DNA of 64,000 bases from an uncultured Bacillota bacterium (GCA_949289845.1 CASEPN010000001.1:528316-592315), one strand, 5' to 3'; numbered from the stretch's first letter, positions 1 through 9,672 are shown. A program made the numbers and translations. Notes: a model not told the origin generated them from the sequence alone.

Positions 1-1858
1 GGCTTCTTGTCCATTCCTGCATTCCGGGGTCGACGCAATAGATATAACAGCCTTTCTGTCCCCTAGTAAGCAAGGTCCGATACGTGTTGATGACGATCTC
101 CTCTGCAGTCTTCTGAGGAAGGGAACCTCCCTTATAGCCGCTCAGGGACTTGTCCGTGCGAGCCCTTTCCCCGGGAAGGGCGATCACCTTCCCGTTCCGA
201 TAGACGATATCGGGACCAAGGATCACTCCCACGTAATCGAACTCGAGCCCCTGGGAAGTGTGGATGCAGCCGATCTGTTCCACCGAGTCAGGATCAATCG
301 CCCAAGTAGAGGTGCCGGCGAAGTTCCATTGTGCGGAAAAGCCGCCTGGAAGAGATATGTCATTCTTGGATGGGTCCTTGTCGCTCACCCAGTCCCAGCA
401 GTAGCCGGCCAGCATCCTGGCCTTGTTCGCCTCCCTGTTCTTCAGGCGAACCAGGTCCATCATCGCCGAGGGGTCGTCGAAGAGCCGGACGTCATAGCCC
501 TCGAACCCCTTTTCAAGGCGAGAGGATCCGGACGGCTTCACGCCGATCAGTTCCTCGACGAAGGAAAGGAAGGCGTCCGATCCCCCGCAGCGGAACTCGC
601 TGACGAGGCGGAACTCCTCCCCGTCATGGACGATCGCCCCCAGCTCTCCGGCACACTTCCGGATCTCTTCCAAGGAACCGATGTCCCTGTGGTCGATCCT
701 CTGTCCCTCGTCGAGGAAGAAGACGGACAGGCGGGATGCGCTGATGATCTCGGAGATCTGGTTCACCCCTTTGTTCTGGAACATGCCGGAACGACGGTTG
801 AGCCGGTGGGCCTCGTCCACGAGAAGGACGTCGAAGGCGTTTGGCGCCTCATCGACGAAAGAACCTGAAGGCATGAACATCGCGTCGATGAAGGATTTCC
901 TGTAGCCATACCCTTTCATGAGCTTCGCCTTGTAGACGTTCCTCGGGGCGGCGTTCTTCGTCACGTAGGCCCCCCTCTCCCCCTTCCGGGTGAAGTGGGA
1001 GAGAAGCTTGAGGGCGAGGACGGACTTCCCTGTCCCCGGTCCTCCCTGGACGATGACCACGTGCTTCTTTCCGTCCTCCGTCATGCTGGACAGAAGGTGG
1101 ACGATGTTCTGGTAGACGACCTCCTGCTCGTCGAGGAGCACGAACTCGTCGTTCCCGTTGATCATCTCCCCCAAGGTGTCCTGGAGGGCCTTGGAAGGAC
1201 GGATCCTCCCGTTGTCGAGCAGCTCGAGGACTCTCCCGTCGTCCGGCTCCTTGACCCTCCTTGAGAAGTAGTTCCTGAGTTTCTCCCTGTCCCCCTTCAA
1301 AAAGAAGGGGGCTTCGGCGACCACGCTTCCGTAGCAGGGGGCCCCAAGGACGCTCCTATAGCGTTCCTCCATGTTGTGGAGGAAGGCGCAGGAGGAGATG
1401 AGGATTCGTTCCTTCCTCACATCCTCGTTGTAGTTCTCGATTGCGGCCTTGTAGCTATACGCCTGGTAGGAGGGATGGCTCAGCTCCCGGATCCCGTGGC
1501 CGACGATAGAGCGGACGAGGTTCTCCTTCTCGGTGAGCGCGACATAGTCCCACTGCTTCAGCTCGACGATCACCGCGTTCTCGCGTCCGTTCTGATCAAG
1601 GCCAGTAAGGATAAAGTCCACGCGCCGGGATGAGACAGGGAGCTTATATTCAATCGCGACGAGGGCGTCCCTCGGGACATCGCTCGCGCGGTCCAGGACC
1701 GCGCCCATCACCTCAAGGGAATTGTTCCAGGAACGGAACTCGGAAAGGCCGCCTCCCGCGACATTGTGCCTCCGGAATGCGTCCTCGATCTTTTCCGCGA
1801 TCCTTCCCTTGTCCACGTCGAGGAGGAAACCCCCGACGGTGCCCTTGTAGATGATCAT
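1..1858 (-). CDS. DUF2075-family DNA/RNA helicase-domain protein (3' end runs off the window; missing from the ORF track)
   Basis: Hand translation of the minus strand from ATG at 1858 gives MIIYKGTVGGFLLDV...SWNNSL...IEYKLP...RVDF...IVELKQW, a P-loop GGPGTGKSV and a C-terminal GCIHTSQGLEFDYVGVILGPD, all typical of DUF2075. Confidence 0.85.
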   Translation of the reverse strand, partial: MIIYKGTVGGFLLDVDKGRIAEKIEDAFRRHNVAGGGLSEFRSWNNSLEVMGAVLDRASDVPRDALVAIEYKLPVSSRRVDFILTGLDQNGRENAVIVELKQWDYVALTEKENLVRSIVGHGIRELSHPSYQAYSYKAAIENYNEDVRKERILISSCAFLHNMEERYRSVLGAPCYGSVVAEAPFFLKGDREKLRNYFSRRVKEPDDGRVLELLDNGRIRPSKALQDTLGEMINGNDEFVLLDEQEVVYQNIVHLLSSMTEDGKKHVVIVQGGPGTGKSVLALKLLSHFTRKGERGAYVTKNAAPRNVYKAKLMKGYGYRKSFIDAMFMPSGSFVDEAPNAFDVLLVDEAHRLNRRSGMFQNKGVNQISEIISASRLSVFFLDEGQRIDHRDIGSLEEIRKCAGELGAIVHDGEEFRLVSEFRCGGSDAFLSFVEELIGVKPSGSSRLEKGFEGYDVRLFDDPSAMMDLVRLKNREANKARMLAGYCWDWVSDKDPSKNDISLPGGFSAQWNFAGTSTWAIDPDSVEQIGCIHTSQGLEFDYVGVILGPDIVYRNGKVIALPGERARTDKSLSGYKGGSLPQKTAEEIVINTYRTLLTRGQKGCYIYCVDPGMQEWTRS

Positions 1859-1924
1859 AGGTGGAGTATAAAGCAAGGCGACCCGGCCTCAAATTGCGCT
1901 TTTGAAAGGAAGCTAATGCGGCTG

Positions 1925-2026
1925 TTATCTGACAGATGATGTGAAACGTCGGAGGAGTCTGCGGCACCTCACCTCTCCCTCATTCTCGTAGAGCTCCCTG
2001 AGCTTGGCAACCTCGGCCTCGTCCGG
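1925..2026 (-). pseudogene. 3' fragment of a gene truncated at the IS left end
   Basis: The open frame PDEAEVAKLRELYENEGEVR...* abuts the IS terminal repeat. No matching 5' part is seen on the other side of the IS. Confidence 0.3.
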
Positions 2027-2028
2027 GG

Positions 2029-3452
2029 TGTTGTTATCGGGTGACTTGTTTCCAGCTACTTATCGCGTGATTCGTTTCCATGCATCTCCACCCCTTAAGG
2101 AGTGCGTCTATCGGGTGAGTTGTTCCCAGCTAACCCCCGCGTGGGCGAACATTCCCCCGGAGGCATGAGGCATGAAGGAACTTGGCGGTGAGAACGTCAC
2201 CTCGGTCATCAGGAAGGCTGTCTCCGCGAAGCTGACGACGAGGCAGGCCGCAGCGAGGCTCGGGGCATCGAGGCAGTACGCGGACCGGCTCAAGAAGGCC
2301 TGCTCGGAGGGAGGGGCCCAGGCGCTCCGCCACGGGAACGAGGGGAGGGCCCCGGCATGGAAGACCGGCAAGGCCACCGAGGAGGCGGTCGTCGCGCCCT
2401 GCCGGGGAAAGTACGCAGGCTTCAACTTCTCCCACTTCCGGGAGAAGCTCCTCGAGAAGGAGGGGATCGGGATCGGCTACAGGCCGCCCCGCCGCATCCT
2501 GACCGAGGCGGGGATCCGCTCGCCAAAGGGCAGGAGGAAGGGGCGGAAGGCGAGGCCCGAGCATCCCTCGAGGCCGAGGAGGGAGAGGTTCGGAGAGCTG
2601 CTGCAGATCGACGCGAGCATCCACCGGTGGTTCGGCCCGGGCCTCCCGAGGGCGGCGCTCCACGGGGCCATAGACGACGCCACGGGAACGGTCATGGGGC
2701 TCTGGTTCGACAGGGAGGAGGCGCTCTCCGGCTACTACGAGATGGCTTGTCAGATCCTCACGAAATACGGGATTCCGGAGGCCTTCTACGGGGATAACAG
2801 GAGCATCTTCGGGCACGGGAGGTCCGCAGGGCGCGGCAAGGCGCCGGACAGGGACGTGCGCACCAACTTCCGGCGGATCCGCCGGCAGCTTGGCATAGAG
2901 CCCATCACCACATCCGTCTCCCAGGCGAAGGGGCGGGCGGGGAGGCTCTGGGCCACGCTCCAGTCGCGGCTGGTCTCCGAGCTTAGGCTGAGGGGCATCG
3001 CGACGATCGAGGAGGCCAACCGCTTCCTCCCCTCCTTCACCGCGGACTTCAACCGGCGGTTCGCCGCGCGGCCGGACATGGAGAGGTCGCTCTTCGCGCC
3101 AGCGCCGAGGGGGATCGACTTCTACCTGTCGGCCGAGTTCCGGAGGGTGGCGGACAACGGGTCGTCCTTCGGCTTCGAGGGGAGGAGGAACCAGCTCGTG
3201 GACGAGGAGACCGGGGAGGTGAAGGAGGTCCCTCCCGGCTCGGAGGTCCGGGTCTACGTGACGCGCTCGGGGAAGCGGGTCGCAGCGTTCGGGGGCAGGA
3301 TCTGGGGCCTGGCCGAGGCGGGGCGAAGGAAGGCCGGGCCCAAGCCGAAGAAGCCAGGGAGGCCGAGGTACGTCCCGGGCCCGGGCCACCCGTGGCGCCG
3401 CTACGTCCTTAAGGCGGCGAAGAGATAGGAAACAAGTCACCCGATAACGACA
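2029..3452 (+). mobile_element. Insertion sequence, ISNCY / IS1202-group-like
   Basis: The 25-bp terminal inverted repeats TGTTGTTATCGGGTGACTTGTTTCC (2029-2053) and GGAAACAAGTCACCCGATAACGACA (3428-3452) differ by one mismatch. Extra subterminal motif copies lie at about 2059 and 2108. They enclose a DDE transposase. No target-site duplication is visible. Confidence 0.9.
2172..3428 (+). CDS. DDE (rve-like) transposase, IS1202-group-like; probably inactive
   Basis: N-terminal HTH plus LQIDAS, LHGAIDDATG, YGDNRSIF and SQAKGRAGRLW. The expected catalytic Glu of KGRVER reads Gly. Confidence 0.85.
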   Translation: MKELGGENVTSVIRKAVSAKLTTRQAAARLGASRQYADRLKKACSEGGAQALRHGNEGRAPAWKTGKATEEAVVAPCRGKYAGFNFSHFREKLLEKEGIGIGYRPPRRILTEAGIRSPKGRRKGRKARPEHPSRPRRERFGELLQIDASIHRWFGPGLPRAALHGAIDDATGTVMGLWFDREEALSGYYEMACQILTKYGIPEAFYGDNRSIFGHGRSAGRGKAPDRDVRTNFRRIRRQLGIEPITTSVSQAKGRAGRLWATLQSRLVSELRLRGIATIEEANRFLPSFTADFNRRFAARPDMERSLFAPAPRGIDFYLSAEFRRVADNGSSFGFEGRRNQLVDEETGEVKEVPPGSEVRVYVTRSGKRVAAFGGRIWGLAEAGRRKAGPKPKKPGRPRYVPGPGHPWRRYVLKAAKR

Positions 3453-3479
3453 CCCTTTTGCCTAATACTCCCGCAACAA

Positions 3480-4280
3480 TCAGCGCTTGATTTTAAAGAC
3501 AGACTCTTCGGAGGCCGCAGTCGCCACAAAGAAATGATTCGCATCGGTAACAGCTGGCCAAGTCGGCCCTAAACGGGAACCATCGTTGTCAAACCAATCA
3601 TCAAATGAAACAGTTAGATTAGAAAAGTTTGATAGAGGAAAGCAATCAAGCAAATCATGGTCTTTTTCCGTAGGGGCCTTTTGACAAAATATGAATGCCA
3701 ATGGGTAAAAATAGAGAATTGAAACAAAGCCAGAAATTCTTTTTAAGCCTGCCCCTATTGTCCAAGGGACAAAGTTTCTTAATACAACTTGAGATTCCTC
3801 GTACGGATAGCCAAGACAAAGCAGTGAATACTTCCTGCAGAATTGGCATACAGCCTCCGACTGTTCACAAGAACTTCTAAAAAACCTCCTCATATCATCG
3901 TCTTCTTGCATCTGCGATGGCCTAGATGCGGCTAGAAGATGTCCAGTCACTGCCTTGCAAACCTTGTGCATATCAAACTCGTGCTCATTAGTAGATCCCA
4001 TTAGTTGATGGAGGCATGCTTTATAGAATTTTGTTAATTCTGGATCATACTTTGCTCCAAGTTCGCTATTGCATTTAGAACAGATTGTAATGAATTTAAT
4101 TCCATTTTGAGAGTGGAGCGGAAGAATCTTCCGAGACTCCTTGTTATGTTCCACAAGGTAATCAACTGAAAATCTTTTGTAGTAGGTATCGAAATGGTTT
4201 CCACAGGATTTAGGCGGAATGTGATCTTCAGAAAGAATCGATTCCCGCAAGCAAATTGAACAAATTCCTTTCGTTCCCAT
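3480..4280 (-). CDS. HNH endonuclease-domain protein (low GC)
   Basis: CSIC...SEDHIPPKSCGN...ICSKCNSELG is a zinc-binding HNH motif. The gene is markedly AT-richer than the flanking core genes. An alternative GTG start lies at 4301. Confidence 0.75.
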   Translation of the reverse strand: MGTKGICSICLRESILSEDHIPPKSCGNHFDTYYKRFSVDYLVEHNKESRKILPLHSQNGIKFITICSKCNSELGAKYDPELTKFYKACLHQLMGSTNEHEFDMHKVCKAVTGHLLAASRPSQMQEDDDMRRFFRSSCEQSEAVCQFCRKYSLLCLGYPYEESQVVLRNFVPWTIGAGLKRISGFVSILYFYPLAFIFCQKAPTEKDHDLLDCFPLSNFSNLTVSFDDWFDNDGSRLGPTWPAVTDANHFFVATAASEESVFKIKR

Positions 4281-4380
4281 ACGAACACCCTTGTGCCCCA
4301 CTATGTCACAGTACTCGAAAGTTCTTTTTTAACTCCGCTGATGCATAAATTCTTTGCTCCAAGTAGAGCGTGAATGCTCG

Positions 4381-5307
4381 CTAAGGGTTGAGTTGTGCCA
4401 TCCTATCCCTCATCTCCCCCTCCAGAAGCTCCAGGGTGAGACCTGTCTGGCCTACCTTCTTCGAAAGGGACCTCGCCGCTTCATGGAAGAGATGGTCCGC
4501 GCCCATGACGAGCTCCCCGAAGTCCATGGACTTGTCCATGTGGGCGAGAAGCCCTGCGAGGAACCCCGCGAGGGCGTCCCCCGACCCCGCCCTGGCAAGG
4601 GAAGGGACGGGCTCGTAGACGGACTCGATCTCCACCCCGTCCTCCTCCTCGTCCTTCCCAAGGAAGAGGGAGGAGGATCCCTTTAGGAGGATGTCCACCC
4701 CGTAGGCGTCGGAGAAGTCCTCCGCCTCCGCGGCAAGCACGTCCCAATCCACCTTCTCCGGGGAAAGATGCCCGAAGAGGGCGCTCGCCTCCCCGGGATG
4801 GGGCAGGAGAAGCACATGCCCTCCTTCCTTCCTCTCCTCCAGGAGGGAAGGCTCCGCGGCGATCATCCTAATCCCCGTCCCGTCGATGAGGACGTTCCCC
4901 GGGAACTTGGAGAGGATCTTCCCGAGAAGCCTCCGGTTCCCCGGGGAATCCGCCATCCCGTTCCCGAAAAGGAGGGAGTCCCCTTCCGGGAACTCCTCCG
5001 GAAGGAGGTCGTCCCCTTCCTTCCCCGAGGGAAGGGACGGGATATGGCACACCTCAAGGGGCACAAGGACGCGCGAGGCTTCCTCGATCGAGGAAGGGAC
5101 GGAGAGGGTCACGTACCCCGGCCCTCCGAGGAGGGCGTACCTGCTCGCGATCATGGGCGCGCCCACGTACTTCCTGGATCCGCCCAGGACGAAGCACTTC
5201 CCGTAGTCCCCCTTGTGGGAATGGGGATCCCTTTCCGAAAGGAGGCGGAGGAGCTTCTCCGCGAAGTCCCTCGGATCGGGATATCTTTCCTCTTCCTCGA
5301 ATTCCAT
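4381..5307 (-). CDS. nnrD: ADP-dependent NAD(P)H-hydrate dehydratase
   Basis: SHKGDYGK, GGSRKYVGAP, LLPHPGEA, ILLKG and LARAGSGDALAG motifs of the YjeF C-terminal domain. Confidence 0.9.
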   Translation of the reverse strand: MEFEEEERYPDPRDFAEKLLRLLSERDPHSHKGDYGKCFVLGGSRKYVGAPMIASRYALLGGPGYVTLSVPSSIEEASRVLVPLEVCHIPSLPSGKEGDDLLPEEFPEGDSLLFGNGMADSPGNRRLLGKILSKFPGNVLIDGTGIRMIAAEPSLLEERKEGGHVLLLPHPGEASALFGHLSPEKVDWDVLAAEAEDFSDAYGVDILLKGSSSLFLGKDEEEDGVEIESVYEPVPSLARAGSGDALAGFLAGLLAHMDKSMDFGELVMGADHLFHEAARSLSKKVGQTGLTLELLEGEMRDRMAQLNP

Positions 5308-5315
5308 GATTGCCC

Positions 5316-5672
5316 TCACCTCCTCAGGAAGCGCTCGTCCCCAGGGTTCTCCCCCGCGGGAAGGAACCTTTCCGCCTCGACGGCCAGATCGTACTTCTCC
5401 CTCAGGGAAGCGATCCTTCCCATAATCGGAGAGGCATGGTGAAGGTCCAGCGCCTCCTGGGACTCCCAGGAGTCCACGAGGAGGAGGACCTCCGGGTCCT
5501 CGAGCGAACGGTAGTGCTCATAGCGAAGGTTCCCCTTCTCCTTCCTTATCTCCTCCATGAGCCCCGACTCATGCATCTCCCTGGAGAAGAGGAGCGCGCT
5601 TCCTCCCTTCCCCCTGTAGCGGAGCAAGATGGTCAAAGGCTTCCCGTCCATCAAATGATTCTTCGTTCCCAT
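5316..5672 (-). CDS. Putative quinol monooxygenase / ABM-family protein
   Basis: IRKEKGNLRYE...LLVDSWESQEALDLHHASP. The start is uncertain (5651, 5672 or 5690). Confidence 0.75.
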   Translation of the reverse strand: MGTKNHLMDGKPLTILLRYRGKGGSALLFSREMHESGLMEEIRKEKGNLRYEHYRSLEDPEVLLLVDSWESQEALDLHHASPIMGRIASLREKYDLAVEAERFLPAGENPGDERFLRR

Positions 5673-5765
5673 GCCCGTATGGTGGGGCAAGGAAAACGCC
5701 TGGTCAAGGGAGGCAGGCGTCCTGGGACGGAGATGGACGTCCGCGGGGAGAAGGAGCGGCCTTCG

Positions 5766-7574
5766 CTACCAGATCCTCAGCGCGAGCGTCGCCAAAAAGC
5801 GCTGGCGCTCGTCGACCTCGTCTTTCCTGAACTTGTCCGGATACTTGTCCACGAGCGTCCTGATGAGGTCGAACCACTCCACGGGGCAGTACCCGTCCTT
5901 CTGCACCGTCATGTAGAAGGACCTCTTCTCCGGATAGCTCGCGTTGCCGACGGCGGCATTATGCTCGAGCGAGAGCAGAGCCATGTTGCCGAGGCGATTG
6001 ATGAGAGTTTCCTTCGGGTCGTCCCGGATCTCGTCCGGCACGAGGGCTGGCGCATACCAATCGTCCAAATCGACGGTCTGCGGGACGATGTGCTCGAGGG
6101 TGAGCTTGTCGCTCGCGGCGGTCTTGTGCCCGTCTCCCCTTTCCTTCCGGAGGAGATCGTCGAGCCTCCGCATATAGAAGCGCCCGACCGCGTCTTTCCC
6201 GGTCGCGTAGTGGGCGAAGCATTCCAGGAACTCGGTGTCCGAGGCGATCGACCGCTTCTCATCCTCGACGTCCTTCACAAGGTCGGCGAGCGGTACGCTC
6301 ACGGTCATCTTGCGGATCAATCCGGAGAAAATCGGGTCGAGCTTGTTCGGGGACTTGTCGCAGATCTGGAGGCGGACGACGAGGGCTTCCGCCTGGCTGA
6401 AGAAGGCGACCATGTCCTTGGCGGCCTTCATATAGTCGTCCCTGTAGTAGATCGCGGCGCTCAGAAGAATGGTGTAGACCTGCTCCATCCTCAGCTCGGA
6501 TAGCCCTTCAAGGATGTCCCGGAAGGCCGGGAGGAACTTTTCGGGAGTCCGGAGCGAGGAATAGAGATCCGCGTAGGCCTCAAGGTCCCGGAGGAACTTG
6601 AAGTAGTCCCGCTTCGCCTCCTCCTCGAACAGCTTGCCGAACTCCTTCGGCAGCCCGTTCTTCGTGCATCTTTTCGCGCTCCGGGCGAAGACGAGGCTCA
6701 CCAGGAAATCGGTGACATGCTGGTCCCCGACCTTCTCAACGATGCGGTCCCACGCTTCCCGCTTCTTGTCGCGGGCGCTTTCGCTCTTCGCCCAGCTGAA
6801 TACCTTGTTCTTGATCCGGTCGGCTGCCGTGAGGTCGAGCCCCTTCCCGTTCAGGGAATCGAAGACCTGGAAGGCGTTGATCGAGTCGCAGCATTCGATT
6901 TCCACAAGGAGAATCTTCTTGTTGAGGGTCTCGACGATCTTGTTGTAGAAGTCGTAGGCGTCGTAGCCGGCGCGGCCCGCCTGCCTTCCCTGCTCGTCGC
7001 CAATGACCTTGCGGATCGTCGCGACCGCCGCGTTCATCCTCTTCGCCCCGGTGTACTTCTTGTTGCAGGGGATCTTCCTTCCAGTGAGCATCTCGTTGAA
7101 CAGGACGCCGGTGTTCCCGTTGAGGATCAGGACCGGGAATGGCAAGTTCCCGGGCTGCTCGGGACCGGACTGGTAGATCATGCCCTCGAGCCGTTTTTCC
7201 AAGGATTTCCTTGCGTTGGGGTCCACGATTCCCGAATCAGTCATCACCATGTCCAGGAGAACCTTCACGATCAGCGAAAGCGTCGTCAGCCGTTGCTGCC
7301 CGTCCACGACGTGCCGGGGTTCGTTGCTCTCGCCATAGAGGGTGTCGTCCAGGTCGATCGCCATCGAGGTGGCTTCGCGCGAATCGAAGGGAACGGTCAC
7401 GAGCGTCCCGATGAAGTGCTCGTCTTCCGCTTCCTCGCCAAAGGCGACCCCCAGGATGTCGAGGCAAAGGGTCTCGGCATTGGAAGCGTGCCACGCGTAG
7501 TCCCGCTGGTAGTCGGGGATCGCGTAGCACTTGGCGTTGTTCAGGACTTCGTGAAGGGGCGTGGGCTTTGGCAT
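5766..7574 (-). CDS. GmrSD-type modification-dependent restriction protein (DUF262 + DUF1524/HNH)
   Basis: IPDYQRDYAW, VVDGQQRLTT and FDSLNGKG (DUF262); LTLEHIVPQ and NRLGNMALL (DUF1524). SD AAAGGAGA precedes ATG 7574. Confidence 0.88.
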   Translation of the reverse strand: MPKPTPLHEVLNNAKCYAIPDYQRDYAWHASNAETLCLDILGVAFGEEAEDEHFIGTLVTVPFDSREATSMAIDLDDTLYGESNEPRHVVDGQQRLTTLSLIVKVLLDMVMTDSGIVDPNARKSLEKRLEGMIYQSGPEQPGNLPFPVLILNGNTGVLFNEMLTGRKIPCNKKYTGAKRMNAAVATIRKVIGDEQGRQAGRAGYDAYDFYNKIVETLNKKILLVEIECCDSINAFQVFDSLNGKGLDLTAADRIKNKVFSWAKSESARDKKREAWDRIVEKVGDQHVTDFLVSLVFARSAKRCTKNGLPKEFGKLFEEEAKRDYFKFLRDLEAYADLYSSLRTPEKFLPAFRDILEGLSELRMEQVYTILLSAAIYYRDDYMKAAKDMVAFFSQAEALVVRLQICDKSPNKLDPIFSGLIRKMTVSVPLADLVKDVEDEKRSIASDTEFLECFAHYATGKDAVGRFYMRRLDDLLRKERGDGHKTAASDKLTLEHIVPQTVDLDDWYAPALVPDEIRDDPKETLINRLGNMALLSLEHNAAVGNASYPEKRSFYMTVQKDGYCPVEWFDLIRTLVDKYPDKFRKDEVDERQRFLATLALRIW

Positions 7575-7812
7575 GGGTTTCTCCTTTGTTCCCTTCCAAT
7601 GTAACCCCCACCCCAGGAAAGTCAACCGCGCACAGGAGCAGTTGTAAGTTCTTTATTTAACTTCCCGCTTTTCCCCTATTCGGGAAGTTGGTTTGGGAAA
7701 CCCTGGGGGCAGGTCCATGCCTCCATTTCCCTCGCCTTACGAAGGCCTGCAAGCTTTGCGCTAAAAAACGAGCCCTCTTCGAGAGAAGGCCCGCTTTAAG
7801 GGTTTATCCGGC

Positions 7813-8451
7813 CTAGTCCTTCGGCCCGTCCTGGGGCGTCTTTTCCCCCTCGCCCTTCCAATCGACCTTCGTCATGAGCGACCAGGAGTTGCTCACTCCT
7901 CCTGCCAAGGCGGCGCACCCGAAGAGGACGAGGAAGGCGGCGCCTCCCTCCCCAATCCCTGCGAATAGGTTGGAAGCGAAGGAGTTGATCCACCGGAAGG
8001 AGGCGGGGACGAGGCAAAGGAAGAGGATGGAGAGGGTGAGCGCGACTAGAAAGAAGGCCCCCTTGAGGAGAAGGGTTCCCTCGACCTTGGGGTAATGTTC
8101 TCCCTTCTTCCCCTCTCCTGCGGCGTCCTCGGAAGAGATGGAATCCGCCTTCTCCGCGTATTCCCTCAAGGACATTCCCCTCCAGTGGAGAGAGAAGAGG
8201 AGCACGAGGGCTTCCGTCCCCAGGGAAAGGGCGACCGCGAGGAGCACCGCCCCGAGGCAAAGGAAGACGGAGGGAAGGGACGTGTTGATCCCGTTCCTCC
8301 CGAAGAGGCTGAGGGTGCCGAGAACCGTCCCGTCATCGGAGAAAAGGGAGTAGAGAGGCACTGCAAGGAGAAGTACCAGCCCGATGAAGTAGAGGACAAT
8401 CGATAGCACGGTCAGGGCGATTTGCCCCGCGGGACGTTTCTTTTCTTTCAT
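7813..8451 (-). CDS. Multi-pass membrane protein, unknown function
   Basis: Four to five hydrophobic segments; strong SD AGGAGGTG upstream. Confidence 0.7.
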   Translation of the reverse strand: MKEKKRPAGQIALTVLSIVLYFIGLVLLLAVPLYSLFSDDGTVLGTLSLFGRNGINTSLPSVFLCLGAVLLAVALSLGTEALVLLFSLHWRGMSLREYAEKADSISSEDAAGEGKKGEHYPKVEGTLLLKGAFFLVALTLSILFLCLVPASFRWINSFASNLFAGIGEGGAAFLVLFGCAALAGGVSNSWSLMTKVDWKGEGEKTPQDGPKD

Positions 8452-8711
8452 GTATTTTCACCTCCTAGCGGGACCCACGATACTCCTGTTTTGCTCGGAA
8501 AAGAGGAATACGCGCCCAACGAGTGCCGCCTGGCTTCATTCCGGCGCCCGGATGCAAAGTCACGGCAAGGGAACTCCTGGATGCCAGGCCAAGCTTTTCG
8601 ACGATCAAGAAGCTCGGTCCTAGGGCAGTTGGCCCAGGAATGAACCTATAAACAGGGTGAAAGGAAATGATATGGGGCGAAGCCAGGCAGCCAGCCGCAA
8701 AGGCTAGGACA

Positions 8712-9043
8712 ATGATCCGTTTCTATCCGAAGGAAAAGAGGCATTTCAGAGGCCACAAGACATCTGTCCATGGGAAATGGATCATGCACCCTTCCTACAC
8801 CGTCGGAGAGGAGGGCCCTATTTCTATTCGTTCGGGATTACTCATTCGAACAAGAAGGGAAAAGGCCATAACAACCACCTTCTCGCAAAAAATCCCGAGC
8901 TCGGGAGGCATGAGAACGCCTACCTGCGAAAGCAACTGGTGCGCGATCGGAAAAACCAGTACACGAAACGCGAGCTAGAGGGCTTTGAAATGAGCGAGGC
9001 AGACGACGAATATGTGACCGCGCTTCTCAAGAAGCGAAGATGA
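8712..9043 (+). pseudogene. Frameshifted small basic protein (about 110 aa), possibly MazF/PemK-like fold
   Basis: The frame from ATG 8712 (MIRFYPKEKRHF...MHPSYTVGE) continues naturally into the -1 frame (GPYFYSFGITHSNKKGKGHNNHLLAKNP...AYLRKQL) at about 8810-8817. Confidence 0.55.
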
Positions 9044-9495
9044 AGATCAGCGAATCAGGCGCAGATCTCACATAGCTGCTGTTGATTCTTCCGCAGGTCC
9101 GGGACACGAGAGCCTTGCTTCCCTTGCCACCGTCGCGCCCGAGCATCATTATCGAAGCTCAAGAAATCAACGGAACCCAATCAGAGAAAGAGGGCCTTCG
9201 TCACGTGGGGATCTCCATTCCTAGAAGCCCGGCGAGCCGTGACCAGGTGGAACGTCGACGCCCAACAGGAAACAGGCAAGGGCCGCCACTGGTCAGCGAT
9301 TTCATCGATCGGAACGAAAAAACGCTCCCCGCGCACGTCCAACCCGTTTCCGGCGACACACATTCCAGAAGGGAGCAGTAATACTTTACCCTAGATAATG
9401 AGAAGAAGGCAATGCCTTACCGCCAAATGTGATATAGCAAAGGTCCCAACCTAACGAATTAAGCCAAGTCCAGGCCAAGAGACGGACCAAAGAAA

Positions 9496-9672
9496 TCAGT
9501 CCTTCAGTCTCTTGAAGACGAACGCGTATCTCACGTCGATAAGGATCGGGGCGAAGTTCACGAGCTCCCAGCCTTCTTCTCCCATCTTGTTGAGTTCCTG
9601 ATGCAGGAGCTCCATCGTCTTTTTGTAGGACATCTTCGCATCCACGTCGATGTACTTGTATTCCCACTTCAT
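9496..9672 (-). CDS. DUF4177-family small protein (58 aa; below the ORF-track cutoff)
   Basis: MKWEYKYIDV...ELNKMGEEGWELVN...YAFVFKR* carries the characteristic (M)xWEYK, LNxxGxEGWELV and FKR signature. Confidence 0.8.
   Translation of the reverse strand: MKWEYKYIDVDAKMSYKKTMELLHQELNKMGEEGWELVNFAPILIDVRYAFVFKRLKD

Noticed and set aside
2000..3480. dif/XerCD-site targeting by the IS1202-like element
   Set aside because: No dif-like 11-6-11 site is recognisable at either flank.
8670..8712. c-di-GMP (GEMM) riboswitch suggested by GGCGAAGCC and GCAAAG motifs
   Set aside because: The region is too short, and the order and pairing of elements do not match the two-stem GEMM consensus.
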